Shown here: positions 1-11,916 of the stretch, one piece after another
Layout: every line of letters starts with the position of its first letter
Numbering within the stretch: the stretch's first letter is position 1
Assembly (NCBI GenBank): GCA_048213135.1
Contig: PS015129.1
Coordinates: forward strand, 183,898-219,928
From: Reclinomonas americana ATCC 50394
Taxonomy: Eukaryota
Direction of reading: 5' to 3'
DNA: 36,031 nt
Program-made: the position numbers and the translations under genes
The notes under the pieces: generated by a model
The model's input: the letters and a program-made list of their open reading frames with translations, nothing else
The model's database searches: none
Told to the model about the DNA's origin: nothing

Positions 1-1185
1 AACCTGGCCGCAAAACNNNNNNNNNNNNNNNNNNNNNNNNNNNNNNNNNNNNNNNNNNNNNNNNNNNNNNNNNNNNNNNNNNNNNNNNNNNNNNNNNNNN
101 NNNNNNNNNNNNNNNNNNNNNNNNNNNNNNNNNNNNNNNNNNNNNNNNNNNNNNNNNNNNNNNNNNNNNNNNNNNNNNNNNNNNNNNNNNNNNNNNNNNN
201 NNNNNNNNNNNNNNNNNNNNNNNNNNNNNNNNNNNNNNNNNNNNNNNNNNNNNNNNNNNNNNNNNNNNNNNNNNNNNNNNNNNNNNNNNNNNNNNNNNNN
301 NNNNNNNNNNNNNNNNNNNNNNNNNNNNNNNNNNNNNNNNNNNNNNNNNNNNNNNNNNNNNNNNNNNNNNNNNNNNNNNNNNNNNNNNNNNNNNNNNNNN
401 NNNNNNNNNNNNNNNNNNNGGGGGGGGAGGGCAATAGTTTTGGGTTTCATGATACGATACCGGCGCGCAACACACACGCGCACTTGGACGAGACACAGTG
501 ACGGAGGAGGAGGACGGTGACACACGCAGCACACGCACACACAGCAGACACACGCAGCGAGCGAGCGAGAGAACACACCAAAAGAGTTCAAATTTCTCAA
601 ACACAAAATGCACACACAGGCTCACACAGACGCACAATCGCCAGCAGCGCACGCTCTCCACAGACACGCGCACGCGCTCATAACACAGGCACGCACGCAC
701 ACGCGCATGAAAGATGCAACATCACTTTACGTCCATCTATCGCACACAAGCTTGAGAGAGAGAGAGAGCACTGTCAATCACGCGCACACACACACTCACT
801 CACAGGCACACACGCCACACACACACACACGCACGCAGAGTATGAGTTGAACACTTACAATTTGCCGACACTCACTCTCTCAGATGCGCACAACAAACAA
901 ACAAACAACCCAATTCCACGTCACTCACACAAAGACACTCTCCCACTCACACAGACACACACACACAGAGAGAGAGAAAGCACGCAAGTGTGTGTGCGCG
1001 TGCAAGCACGTGTGACGCAGTGCATCAGATGCATGCAAAATGCACTTTTTTCTCTTTTCCAAACACACGTGCACACACTCGCTCTCTGCGTGACTCACCG
1101 CGATCCAACAACAACACACGCACACACAAAAGAGTGGAAAAAAGTAAGGAGGGTTACGCAGCTGCGATTTGGGTAACCCGCAGTC

Positions 1186-1200
1186 ATGGTAAGTCGTGCA

Positions 1201-1262
<62 letters not shown>

Positions 1263-2244
1263 ACACACACACACTCACACACACACACACACTCATTCAC
1301 ACACTCCCTCTCTCTCAGTTTGGCCTTGTTGCCAGCGTGTGGGACGCGCTATTCTCCTCTCCCTCGTTCACTGTGCTGCTGGTTGGCATGGACGGTGTGG
1401 GCAAGACGGTGAGCAGTCGTGCATTGCACTGCATTTTCGTTCACTTTATTTTCTCAATTTACAATCAAAAGACCTTGCTGGAGAAGAACCTCGTGGCAAG
1501 TGGAGCTCGACGAGCGCGGATTGCACCAACTGTTGGACTCAATGGTGTGTCTCCTGCTGCTGCTGCTGCTGTTGTCGGTTTCCTGACACGTGGTTCAGTG
1601 CGCAAGGTGCTGGTGGGCGGCTGTGAGCTGCTTGTGTGGGACCTGGGCGGTGCCGGTTGCGTCTTGCGTGCCGCTGATGTGCCCTTGTTGCTTCTTGCTT
1701 ATCACTCAGTGTTTGCCCTCCAGGCGGTCTGCGTCGTCTGTGGCGCGAGTACTGTGATGAAGTGCACGCAGTTGTCTTTGTGGTTGGGGCGCGCGATGTG
1801 GTCTCGGAAGAACGGTGGCGCGATACGTTGATGGAGCTGCGCTCGCTGGCGGGTGCGTGGGGCGGACAAGTGACGTGTGTGTGCACTCCATGTGGTGGCT
1901 GATGAGTGTTTTCGCAGCTGCGCCGTCTCTCGTCAATGCGCACTTGTTGGTGTTGTGCAATCGTTGGGCCGACGAGCACGATCAGGAGGAAGGTGAGCCT
2001 CCACTCGATGCTGTACGCGACGAAGTGGCGGAGTTGCGACGATTGCCAGTGCGCGTCAGCTTTGAGTGTGTGTGCGGTCGGACGGGGTGCGTAGCGTTGC
2101 AGACTGTGTCGCATGGTGATGAGAACGCTCACCAGGGAGGCGTCGCGTAGAGCTGGTGTGCAGGAGGCCTTTGCGCGTCTGGTGGAGGAACTGAAGGGTG
2201 GTGCGCGTGAGATTCGCTGCAAGGAGCAGTCGCGAGACGATTGA
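1186..2244 (+). CDS. ARFRP1: Divergent ARF-related small GTPase, ARFRP1/yeast Arl3-like (7 exons)
   Basis: Manual splicing gives M|FGLVASVWDALFSSPSFTVLLVGMDGVGKT|TLLEK...IAPTVGLN|VRKVLVGGCELLVWDLGGA|GGLRRLWREYCDEVHAVVFVV...|...LLVLCNRWAD...VCGRTG|AGVQEAFARLVEEL...*. The P-loop, TVGLN and WDLGG motifs and the MF start without a myristoyl Gly2 are typical of ARFRP1. All introns are GT-AG with consistent phases. Confidence 0.8.
1201..1303. repeat. (CA)n microsatellite in intron 1 of the ARFRP1-like gene
   Basis: Directly visible CA run between the GTAAGT donor (1189) and the AG acceptor (1318). Confidence 0.95.
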
Positions 2245-2418
2245 TGGATGATGCCACAACGCGTGTGACAGCGATGGAACTTTCATCTTTGACGCCAGGC
2301 GGCAAGTCAGACGAGATGTGTGCCGCAGCGATCTCGCACATGTGGAACTTGGGAGGGCGACCCTCCCGAGCGTGTGTGTGTGTGTGTGCGGAAGTGGTAA
2401 TTCCATTATCCTATTCAC

Positions 2419-5400
2419 TCATGATCCAGTGGTCAGCAGGCGATGTGGTATCCGCACCCCCTGCTTCTTCAGCTCCAGTAAAGTGGTGAGAATATTATCC
2501 AGCTCGATTTTGAATCTGTGTCGCTCGGCGCAGGTGAGTTTTCGCTGTGCAAGTACCGGCGGTTGAGAGCGTGAGCACGACGCACCTATCAATCTCCACA
2601 TCCTTTTGTCGCAGCTCCATCTCAAATCGCTGCTGCTTCACAGACAGCTCCATGGCAGCAATGCGCCTCACCTCCGTGGTCACTGCGTGCGTGCCAACCC
2701 GATTGTGAGCATGTACACTCGATGATCTGCAGGGGGCGTAAACACCACAGCAAACGCACCCCGATTCATCTCATCCTCGCGCCGTACATGCTCCCGCTCC
2801 ATGTCCTCCAGCTTCTCCGCAAAGAACTTGAGCTCCTTAAGGAACCACACAGTGGCTTTGGCTGCCGATACGAATGTGGTGAGTGGGAAATCGGAATGAA
2901 TACAGCAGCAGCGGCCTGCTCACCTGGATCGTCGGTCATCTCCGAGAGTCGCCTGCGTACCAGTCATGTGAGCAAACACCATGTTCGACTCGTCTCTCTC
3001 TTCTTCCTCTCCATCTCCTCACCTCAACGGCATCAACTTGCTGAGCTCCTGTCGCAGCTCCTCAATCTCGCTGCCGTACTTGTTGGCGGCCTCCGACATG
3101 CCCGCACGCGCCTCGGCCTGCAGCTGCGCCACCGCCGCCTGCACAGCGACTTTTGTCTCCTGTTCCTGTCGCTGCAGTGTGCGCTGCTTGTGCTCCAGCT
3201 CTTCTCGCAGACGATCGCACTCCCTGTCAGCCAGCACAAATGTTGTTGAGTTTCTTAACTGCAGGTCACGAAATCCACTTGGTACAACAGACCGTCGCCA
3301 GTACGCCACATCCTCGTCGGTGGCAGCACTGCTCACAGCCGGTGCAGCTGGCTGTGCGCCGACCGACATGAGTCGAGCGGCCTGCTCGGCAAGTTGTGTG
3401 TGCAGTGCGTGGATCTCGTCGTTCTTCTGGTCCAACTCTGCGACCGAGTGGAGACAGTGAGTTTCGTCGCAAGCTTTGCCGGTCGAGGAGAAACACACGC
3501 ACCGTGCTGCAACTCCGACACACGCTGCTGCTGCTGCTGAGCTGTGGAGTCGCCACCCTCTTCGGTGAACGCCACATGCGGCACGAGAGGTGGCGCTGGC
3601 GCTGTGCATGAGTGTAAGCAACCAAGAAAAAACACACCACATTGTATCGCCGACCCGCCAAACCATTTTCCAGCACTGGTGCCACGCTCGCGGCCTCTGG
3701 AATCGCCCCAGCACTGGCCGGTCGTGCCAACTTGCCACCTCGGCCACGTGCCGCGGCACCACCGCGGCTGGCATGCACGCCACCACCACGGCCTCCACCA
3801 CCCACTCCACCTCCCACCTTTCAACAACAATTCTTTGTGAGCAAAACAAATCTTGACTCAATCCCACTCTGCTCGCTCACCCTCTTTCGTGAATCGCCCG
3901 ACTCGAGTGCTTTGATGCGATCCTCGTACAACGCCTTCATCCGATCGAATTCCTGTCGCAACACCCCCGTGCGCCGTTCCACTTCCGAATCCTTGTCGGC
4001 ACACTCGCGCTCCAGCTCACGCACTCGCGTCTCCAACACGCGCACCCGCGGATCGACGGCACCCTCCTGACTCTTCATGGCCAGCAGCATGGCCGGCACG
4101 GAATTCGGGTGCTTCTCACGCAGCGCCTGTCGCAGCTGCTGCACCTCAGCCTCCAGTTGCTGTACCTTCTTCGCCGCACTGCCATGCGCCTGCGCGCCGG
4201 TGCGCGGCTGAGTGCGCTTCAACTCCGCCACTTGCTGCTCCAGTTCGGCAATGCGATCCTGCTGCTGTCGCACCACGGCATCGTTTTGGTCGAGCAGCTC
4301 CTGATTGCGCACGTACCAGTTGAGCTTGCGTCGCAGATCTGCCGCCTCCTGTTCGTGCACACGCTCCGCCTCAGTCAGCGCCCGTCGCAATTGCTGCACC
4401 TCCTCCGAGTCACGATCGATCTGCGCCTCGGAGAGACCGTTGACTCGCAGCTCCAGATCGCGCTTGGCTTTGCGCAGGCGATCAATCTCAAACTTGAGCT
4501 CCTGCTCACGCTCGGCGGCCGTGCCAACGGCACGGTCCAACTGCGTCTGCAGGTCGGTGGCGCGCGTCTGCAGCCGCACGTGCTCCTCGGTCAGCGTGGG
4601 CTTGGCACGCTCCACTTCTTGCAGACGCCGCTCGAAGCGCAGACTCTCCTGGAACAGTCGCTCCTGGACTTCCTTGTTCGACTCCTCGGCAGCACGCAGT
4701 TTGTCGACCAGGCGCTCGTTCTCTTTTTGGTAGCCCTCGATGAGGCGCTCCTGCTCGCGAATCTCCTGCTCAATGTGCGCCAGCTGCTCGGGCGACGGCG
4801 CCACAATGCTCAGCTGCCCGCCTCTGCGCGAATGACATGAGCAACAAACGAAATGCAAGCGGGCTCTAAGAAGGAGAGCGCGCAACTCTGCCACTTGGCG
4901 CCGTGCAGTGCGTTTCGAGTCCTCTACCTGCTTCTCCACCTCATAGATGCGCTTGCGAAGCACGTCGCATTCTTGCTGATGCGCCGCCTGCGAGACGAGC
5001 AGAAAAAGACGGTCATGCTATGCACAGAGGAAACTGCAGGGGGAAAATCGATGCACTCAACAGACAACTCGCGCTGCTGTCGTGCCAGCGCCTCGGCCAC
5101 TCGCGTGTCACCAACAGCCGTGGCCGCTTGCACTTGCTCCGCACACTCGCGCTTCAGTCGCTCCATGGCGGCATCACGCTCACTCAGCTGATGCATGCAG
5201 TCGTCGATGCGCGACTGACGACGCAGGATCTCCAGCTCCTTGCTGCGGTTGCCATGAGATGAGATTTGACAATCGACGACGCTCCTACATGCTAGCTGCG
5301 CCGCAACTTTTCACACTCCATCGCCATATCACGCAGGCGGTTCTTCAGCTGTTCCGGAATCTGCACCGAGTCGAACGGTCGCGACGCCACCTCACGCCGG

Positions 5401-8400
5401 ATCTCCGACAGCGACTGCTGGAGGAGGTGCTCCTGTTGCGCCACGAAGCGTTCGAGGTCTTGGTGGAAGAGGCGCAAGGGGGCCTCCATGCTGCCACTGT
5501 GCGACGGAGAGAGGCCAGTGAGAACAGGTCAAGCCGACTCTGCACAGAGTGATAGGAGGAACGCAACGCAATAAAGTCAGTGCTCTGTGCTCCCGCACGG
5601 AGAGGAATCGCGGTGGTGGTCGCGGACGCCGCCGGACCTCCACGATGTGACGGCTGCTTGTGAGGAGCCGTGGCCGACGCAGTGGCAGCCGCAGTGGTCG
5701 ATTTGGCTGTCGTCGCAGTCGCCGCGTGTCCACGAGCCTTTTGCCCAGTTGGCGATGATCGATGCTGCGTAGACCGACCGGCCGAGTGAGTGCACGCTGC
5801 TTCCTCTCACCACTGTTGGACGCTGTGTGTGCTCACCAACAAATGCGAAGGGCTGGCCAGTGATGACGACGTGCTGTTGATGGGTGAGCCGACCGACGAC
5901 GAACTTGGCGATGACGCCGGACTGCCCCGTCGTGCATTCGAGCGCAAGGCCTCTGGGCGCGCATTGCCGACAGAAGTGGATCGCTGAGGTGATGAATGTG
6001 TGGGCGACTTGCGCGCGGCTGGTGTGGCGCGCGCTTGCGTCGGCGACGAGCCTACGTATGTGTACATGGAGTTAGTGAAGGCGTGGGTGACGCAGCACAG
6101 CTGCTTATGACACACCTGCTCGACTGGCGACAGTCGACTGCGTTTGCGGACTCGGGCCGACGGGGAACGGTGCCGTCTGTGGGGCAACGGTGCTCATGGG
6201 CACGCCCTTGCCCAACTTGCTCAGCATGTCGTTGGCCAGCTGGTTGTAGGTGGCAGCTGCGGCTTGTCGGTCGTCTGTAATCTGCGGTCCAGCGGCGCTC
6301 GGTGCAGGAGGCTGTGCACACGAATTATATGAGTGCACGAGCAAAAGTGGAGCACAGCAGGAAAATTATTCACCGCTGCGGATGCTGATTTTGCCGCCAC
6401 TGCTGCGGCCGCTGCCGCTGCTGCCTTTGCGGCCGCCTCTGCAGCTTGCGCCTCTTCCCTGGCCTTGCGCGCTGCCTCCTCTCGCTCCTCCTCCATTTTC
6501 TGCTTCCGAGCGGTGTCCTCCTCTTGGATTTTGCGCAAGTCCTCCGCCGCCTTTTTCGCCAACTCTTCACGTCGCCGCTGCTCCTCTTCTCGTGCCTCCT
6601 TGATCAGGCGCTCGCGTTCCACCCGCAATCGCTCCTCTTCCGCGCGCCGCTTCTCCTCCGCCTCCTTGGCCGCCTGCTCANNNNNNNNNNNNNNNNNNNN
6701 NNNNNNNNNNNNNNNNNNNNNNNNNNNNNNNNNNNNNNNNNNNNNNNNNNNNNNNNNNNNNNNNNNNNNNNNNNNNNNNNNNNNNNNNNNNNNNNNNNNN
6801 NNNNNNNNNNNNNNNNNNNNNNNNNNNNNNNNNNNNNNNNNNNNNNNNNNNNNNNNNNNNNNNNNNNNNNNNNNNNNNNNNNNNNNNNNNNNNNNNNNNN
6901 NNNNNNNNNNNNNNNNNNNNNNNNNNNNNNNNNNNNNNNNNNNNNNNNNNNNNNNNNNNNNNNNNNNNNNNNNNNNNNNNNNNNNNNNNNNNNNNNNNNN
7001 NNNNNNNNNNNNNNNNNNNNNNNNNNNNNNNNNNNNNNNNNNNNNNNNNNNNNNNNNNNNNNNNNNNNNNNNNNNNNNNNNNNNNNNNNNNNNNNNNNNN
7101 NNNNNNNNNNNNNNNNNNNNNNNNNNNNNNNNNNNNNNNNNNNNNNNNNNNNNNNNNNNNNNNNNNNNNNNNNNNNNNNNNNNNNNNNNNNNNNNNNNNN
7201 NNNNNNNNNNNNNNNNNNNNNNNNNNNNNNNNNNNNNNNNNNNNNNNNNNNNNNNNNNNNNNNNNNNNNNNNNGCGGAGGGGAAGGGCGGAGGGGAAGGG
7301 AGGGGGAAGATGAGGGGAAGGATGAGGGGAAGGATGAGGGGAAGGAAGAGGGGATGAGGGGATCGGCGGAGGGGAAAGGAAGGGGAGGACGAGGGAAGGT
7401 AGTGGATGGGAGAGAAAGACTGAAAGAGAAAGAGAGCGAGAGAGAGAGATAGAGAGAGAGAGCAGACTGACTTGATAAAGTTGAGGCGTGAATGCCAGAA
7501 GAAATGTGGTGATCGAGAAGAGAGGAGCAAGAGAGGAAACGCAATAAGACTGAGTCAGCAACAACAACGGGGTAAGGTTGAGGTCTGAAGAGGGAGCTGA
7601 ATTGCAATGTAATGAGAATGAGAGGGCAACAGTGTTTGTACCTCATATGAGATAAAGAGCAGACAACCGACATGAAACGCGAAGGAGTGACCAACAGGGT
7701 AGGAATGTCAGTCAGATGACACATGGTAAGGGGTGAAGACTAGAATGGCACAGAGAAGAAGTGAGCAGCAGAGCTGAAGAGGTTGCCACTCGCTCTGCAA
7801 CTCAAATCCCTCTTCCCCCTCGCTCCAAACACGCACTTCGACTGGAGACGTCCGACAGGCCGATCGAGGATACCTGCAGGGGGCAATCACCAGTGAACGA
7901 CGAGACGAAGCGTGGAGTGCGCGGCATGGGTCAAGCAGACCGCAAATGACACTTGTGGCTGACTGCTGCGACCCGAGACGTTGGAGCCGGCGGTATACGG
8001 GCGCGACACGGCACTCGACGGCCGCACGTCCGAGTCGTGTTCTGCATTGAGTTGTCCAGTGAGCACACCCGCATCGCATGAAACACTGCCCACTGCCACT
8101 CAACTCTCAAAGAATCGCCTCTTGTCGTCCGAGTCGGTCGAGTCGGCCAACATGGCTCGCAGTTGCACATCGTCGATGACGGAGCTGCCACTGTCACTCG
8201 CTGCATTCCACCCTAACGCGATGAGGAACCGACTGTGATAAAACGAAGGAGAGCATCCGCCACGCAACGTCTCCACGCCGACGCAGATGCTGTGGCATTG
8301 GCAACTGTCGAGAAGAATGAGATGAACGAGCACCGAAACACACAATGCAGGCCTGTGCACGAACCCGTGCTGCGATTGCTCTCCGCCGTGCGATTCGTCG

Positions 8401-9994
8401 ACATGGAACCGTCGGCACGACGAGAGCCCTGTGCTGCACCATAGCGGTCGCCATCATCACCGTCATGGTCGTCCTCCTCCTCCGAGTCGATGCGCATGCT
8501 GAAATGTGAGCCTTGACTGTCGCGCACGCCCGGTGCGGAGGAACCGCCGCTGCGAAGCTGTCGAGTGGCGGCCAGTCTGCACGGTGGAGCGCAAGAGTGA
8601 GTAGTGCACAAAGAGGGAAGGTAAGTGGTGCATGCGGGATGGACGCAACAGTCGGCTGTCGTCGGCGTTGACTTGCGGCATGCCGGCGACTATCGATTGA
8701 CGACAAGTTGGTGAGTGTTGCGGGAACCACACGAGAAGGGGCACGAATGAAGATGCGCAACGCTGACTCTGTCTCCACGCTGCTGCAGCGTCGGTGCTTG
8801 CACTGCTGACCGACACGGCGGAGACGGGAGCCGGAGCGGCTGGCTTCCGACTCGCCTTGTACTCCTGCATCATGGCGGCGATCTCGGGGTCGGAGTCTGA
8901 GTCGTCGTCGGGAAGCATAGTGGGGTTGCTGCGACGGGAGCTGGCAGAGTCCTGCGTGAAGAGGGGAGAGGGGGGGAAGAGGGGCAGGGAGGTGAGGAGA
9001 GGGGAGAAGAGGAGAAGGGAAGGGAGAAGAGGGGAGAAGAGGGGAGAAGAGGGGAGAAGAGGGGCAGGGAGGTGAGGGGAGAAGAGGGGAGGTGAGGGGA
9101 GAAGAGGGGCAGGGAGGTGAGGGGAGAAGAGGGGAGGTGAGGGGAGAAGAGGGACAGGGAGGTGAGGAGAGAGGAGAAGGGGAGGTGACTGAGAGGGGGG
9201 ACATGAGATGCAAAAGATGGTGCCATCACAGCGAAGTGAGATCCGCGACAGTGAAGAGTGGTGATTGAAAGGGAAAAGCAAAGGGCAGTGAGCGTCACAG
9301 TGGAGAGTGGTGATTGAGAGGCAAGACTTGTGGCAACAGAAGGTGGCATAACAGCGAACGAGATCCGGTGGTGAGTGACAGGGAAGAAGAAGCAAAGGAC
9401 AGTGAGCGTCAAAGCACGATGCGTTCTATGGCAGTGGAGGCAAGACTGGTGGCAACAGAAGGTGGCATCACGTTGACAGAAAACTGGGCGACTGAGGATA
9501 GAGGAGAGAAATGGAAGACACCAACTGTGGGAAGACGGAAGAGACAAAGGAAGAGGTGCGATCCATGGCAGAGGAGTGAGAAGAGAAGAAGGATCACTGA
9601 GCAATGAGATACACACTGGAAGACAAGAGAGTTGATCAGAGCGCGATGAGATCGACGACAACAGTGATCACACCAGAGTACAACGCAAAGAGCACGCGAG
9701 AGAGAGAGAGGGATCAGTCCCGGGCTGGGGAGTTGACTCCTGTCCTCTCTCTCTCTCTCATTCTCTTTCTTCTCATTCTCGCCACGCAACTCGATGACCG
9801 CGCGATGACCAAGACGTCCCACGCGCATGGGCGGCACCGTAACTGCACAAACAAAAGGCGCGTCAGAGAGAGGAGAGAGCAAGAGGATGAGAGGGAAAAT
9901 GAACTCACCCGCCACCCGACGATGACAGCGATCCACGTCCGCCTGACGAGGCGCCGAGCGCAGCGAACATGGCGTTCTTCTTTGAGTGGTCCAT
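2419..9994 (-). CDS. CEP162: Centrosomal protein CEP162-like, multi-exon coiled-coil protein (spans gap 6681-7273)
   Basis: The peptides IEQEIREQERLIEGYQKENERL, LRRKLNWYVRNQELLDQND, EKHPNSVPAMLLA and C-terminal RFKIELDNILTTLLELKKQGV match recalled CEP162 motifs. 5' exons MDHSKKNAMF...GGG|YGAAH...GHR|DSASS... join in phase. The link of the 5' exons across the gap is inferred. Confidence 0.8.
8960..9200. repeat. Polypurine (GGGGAGAAGA-type) tract, pyrimidine-rich on the CEP162 sense strand, intronic
   Basis: Visible repeated units such as ggggagaaga and gggaggtga. Confidence 0.9.
9227..9475. repeat. Degenerate ~120-bp tandem duplication in a CEP162 intron
   Basis: Two copies share acagcgaa..gagatccg, agcaaagg.cagtgagcgtca and ggcaagact.gtggcaacagaaggtggcat in the same order. 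Confidence 0.8.
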
Positions 9995-11916
9995 GCTGTG
10001 CAAACGGACCCCTCTCTCGCTGTCGCTGTCGCTGTCTCTCGTCACACGCAAGAAAATCGCGAGTGAGGACAGGTGATTTTCGCGCCACTCGGCGACGTTC
10101 ATCGACGTTGGTTGGAAAAGGGAACAGGGAGGACTGGACGCGTTGGGCTATAGAGTACGCATCGTGGATGAGGTAGGCAGACGGCTTTCAACGAAATCGG
10201 CTCAATCGATATCGATTTCTTGCTTGCATGTGCAGCGATCGCAATCGGATCTGGACAGCACGCGCTTTGCTTCCCCTTGCGCGAGAGACTGACAAGCCCA
10301 AGAAGAGCATGCTCCTTCTTTACGCGGTAAAGATCCTCCACTGCTTTGGCTAGCTTCTCGGATCCGGACCCGGCTTTGCTTTGTTTGCCTGGCTGGCCTT
10401 TCCCCGAATTCGATGTGCCATGTACGATCGCAGAAAACGCTGTGTGTCTATGCAAGTGCGTCAAATCCACTGTTCAACCACGCTTATGCGGTGAAGATCG
10501 CAGTTCTCGACTTGTTCGGAGCTCCGAGAAGCGAACACACACAACCACAACAAAACCTGCTGCTGCCCTCAACTGTTGACATGGTTGAACTTGGTTATTA
10601 AAACAGCTGTTGCATGTTTGTTGGTGGGCGGGTTGTTGTTGTTGGGACGAGGGACTTGTCTATCCAGGCCGTTGAATCGATCGGTTTCCGCAATTGCAAT
10701 TGGTTCAGCCCGTTCGTCAGTGCATGCGGAGCGCTCTGTCCAACAAGGAGAACCGTCCACTGCAGTGCAAAGACGGGCGCTCACCGGTGCGCTCACCATG
10801 CGCAGAGAGAAAACACGGGAGTGGCCAGCAGCGCCAAGCAAATGGCAATACCGAAAATGTGCTCATTGCGCATGCGGTATTGGTATCGTATCCTTTCGCT
10901 CTCACCCGCGACATCCACCACATGCAGCCGTGCAGCCCGCACTCTCCACCCCAGAATCAGAGCAGTCGATGTACTGAAATGATTGGAATAGAGCCTGAGA
11001 AAGGCAAGCAGAAAGATTCGCACGATCGTTTATGGCACGCACTCGTACTCAAATCAATTGCACCTGCCGCGGAGAGAGCTGACCACGAACACCACCCCCG
11101 CGCCTGCGCCATGGGCTGTGGAGCGTTTCGCGCCGACGTGACAGACTTGCAAAGCGCACGCAGACAAACCAAGGCGCGTACGTGTTCGAAAACCGACTGC
11201 GCTCAAATTTTCGGTTTACTCACACACACTCTCCACACACAGCCGACTCACGGACGACCACATGCCTGGGCCGCCGCCTCAGAGACACGCAGCAGCCACA
11301 GTGCTCGCCGCCACCGCTCTGCGACACTGCGGCCATTGTCACACACCGCAGAGTCAATGAGACCACGCGCAACGGCGACGATCACGAAACGATTGGCTCA
11401 CCGAAATCAATTGACACATGTGCGCGTTGGTGGCGACTGGGACGAGGAAGAGGAGGAGGAAAGGGGTGAGCAGGGGAGGAGGCACGAGGAGGAGGAGGAG
11501 GAGGAGTCATACCTCGCCTCGCTGGCCACCTTCAGCAGCATGCACTTGTCGCGGACCATGTGTACATTTGACTCGCAGCTGGCCGATCGCTCCTGCAGCA
11601 CTGCGCTGCGCAGCAACACGTCAATCACCAGCGAATCACTGGCTCGATTGCGTTCAGTGACGGCGCGCTTTGCGGTCTCCAATCACTCGTCGTTGCAGAA
11701 TGATTCGCGATCGTCGTCGCGTGTGGGTGTGGTGCCCTCTAGCTCGCTGGCAGCGTTCGCACCTGATCGCGACTCGCACGCGTCGGCGTCGTTGTTTGCG
11801 AACTCCGACAATGAGGGCGATGGGGACACGGCGGCGGCGGTGAGTGCTGGTTGCGTTGGGTTCGTCGACTCCAGCTTGCTAACAGGTGTGTGTGTGGTGC
11901 GCATCCACAGGCGGGT

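Noticed and set aside
8690-8761. Further GTTGCGC donor candidate in CEP162
   Set aside because: A conventional same-phase GTCAGC donor lies 6 nt upstream, so this site was not counted.
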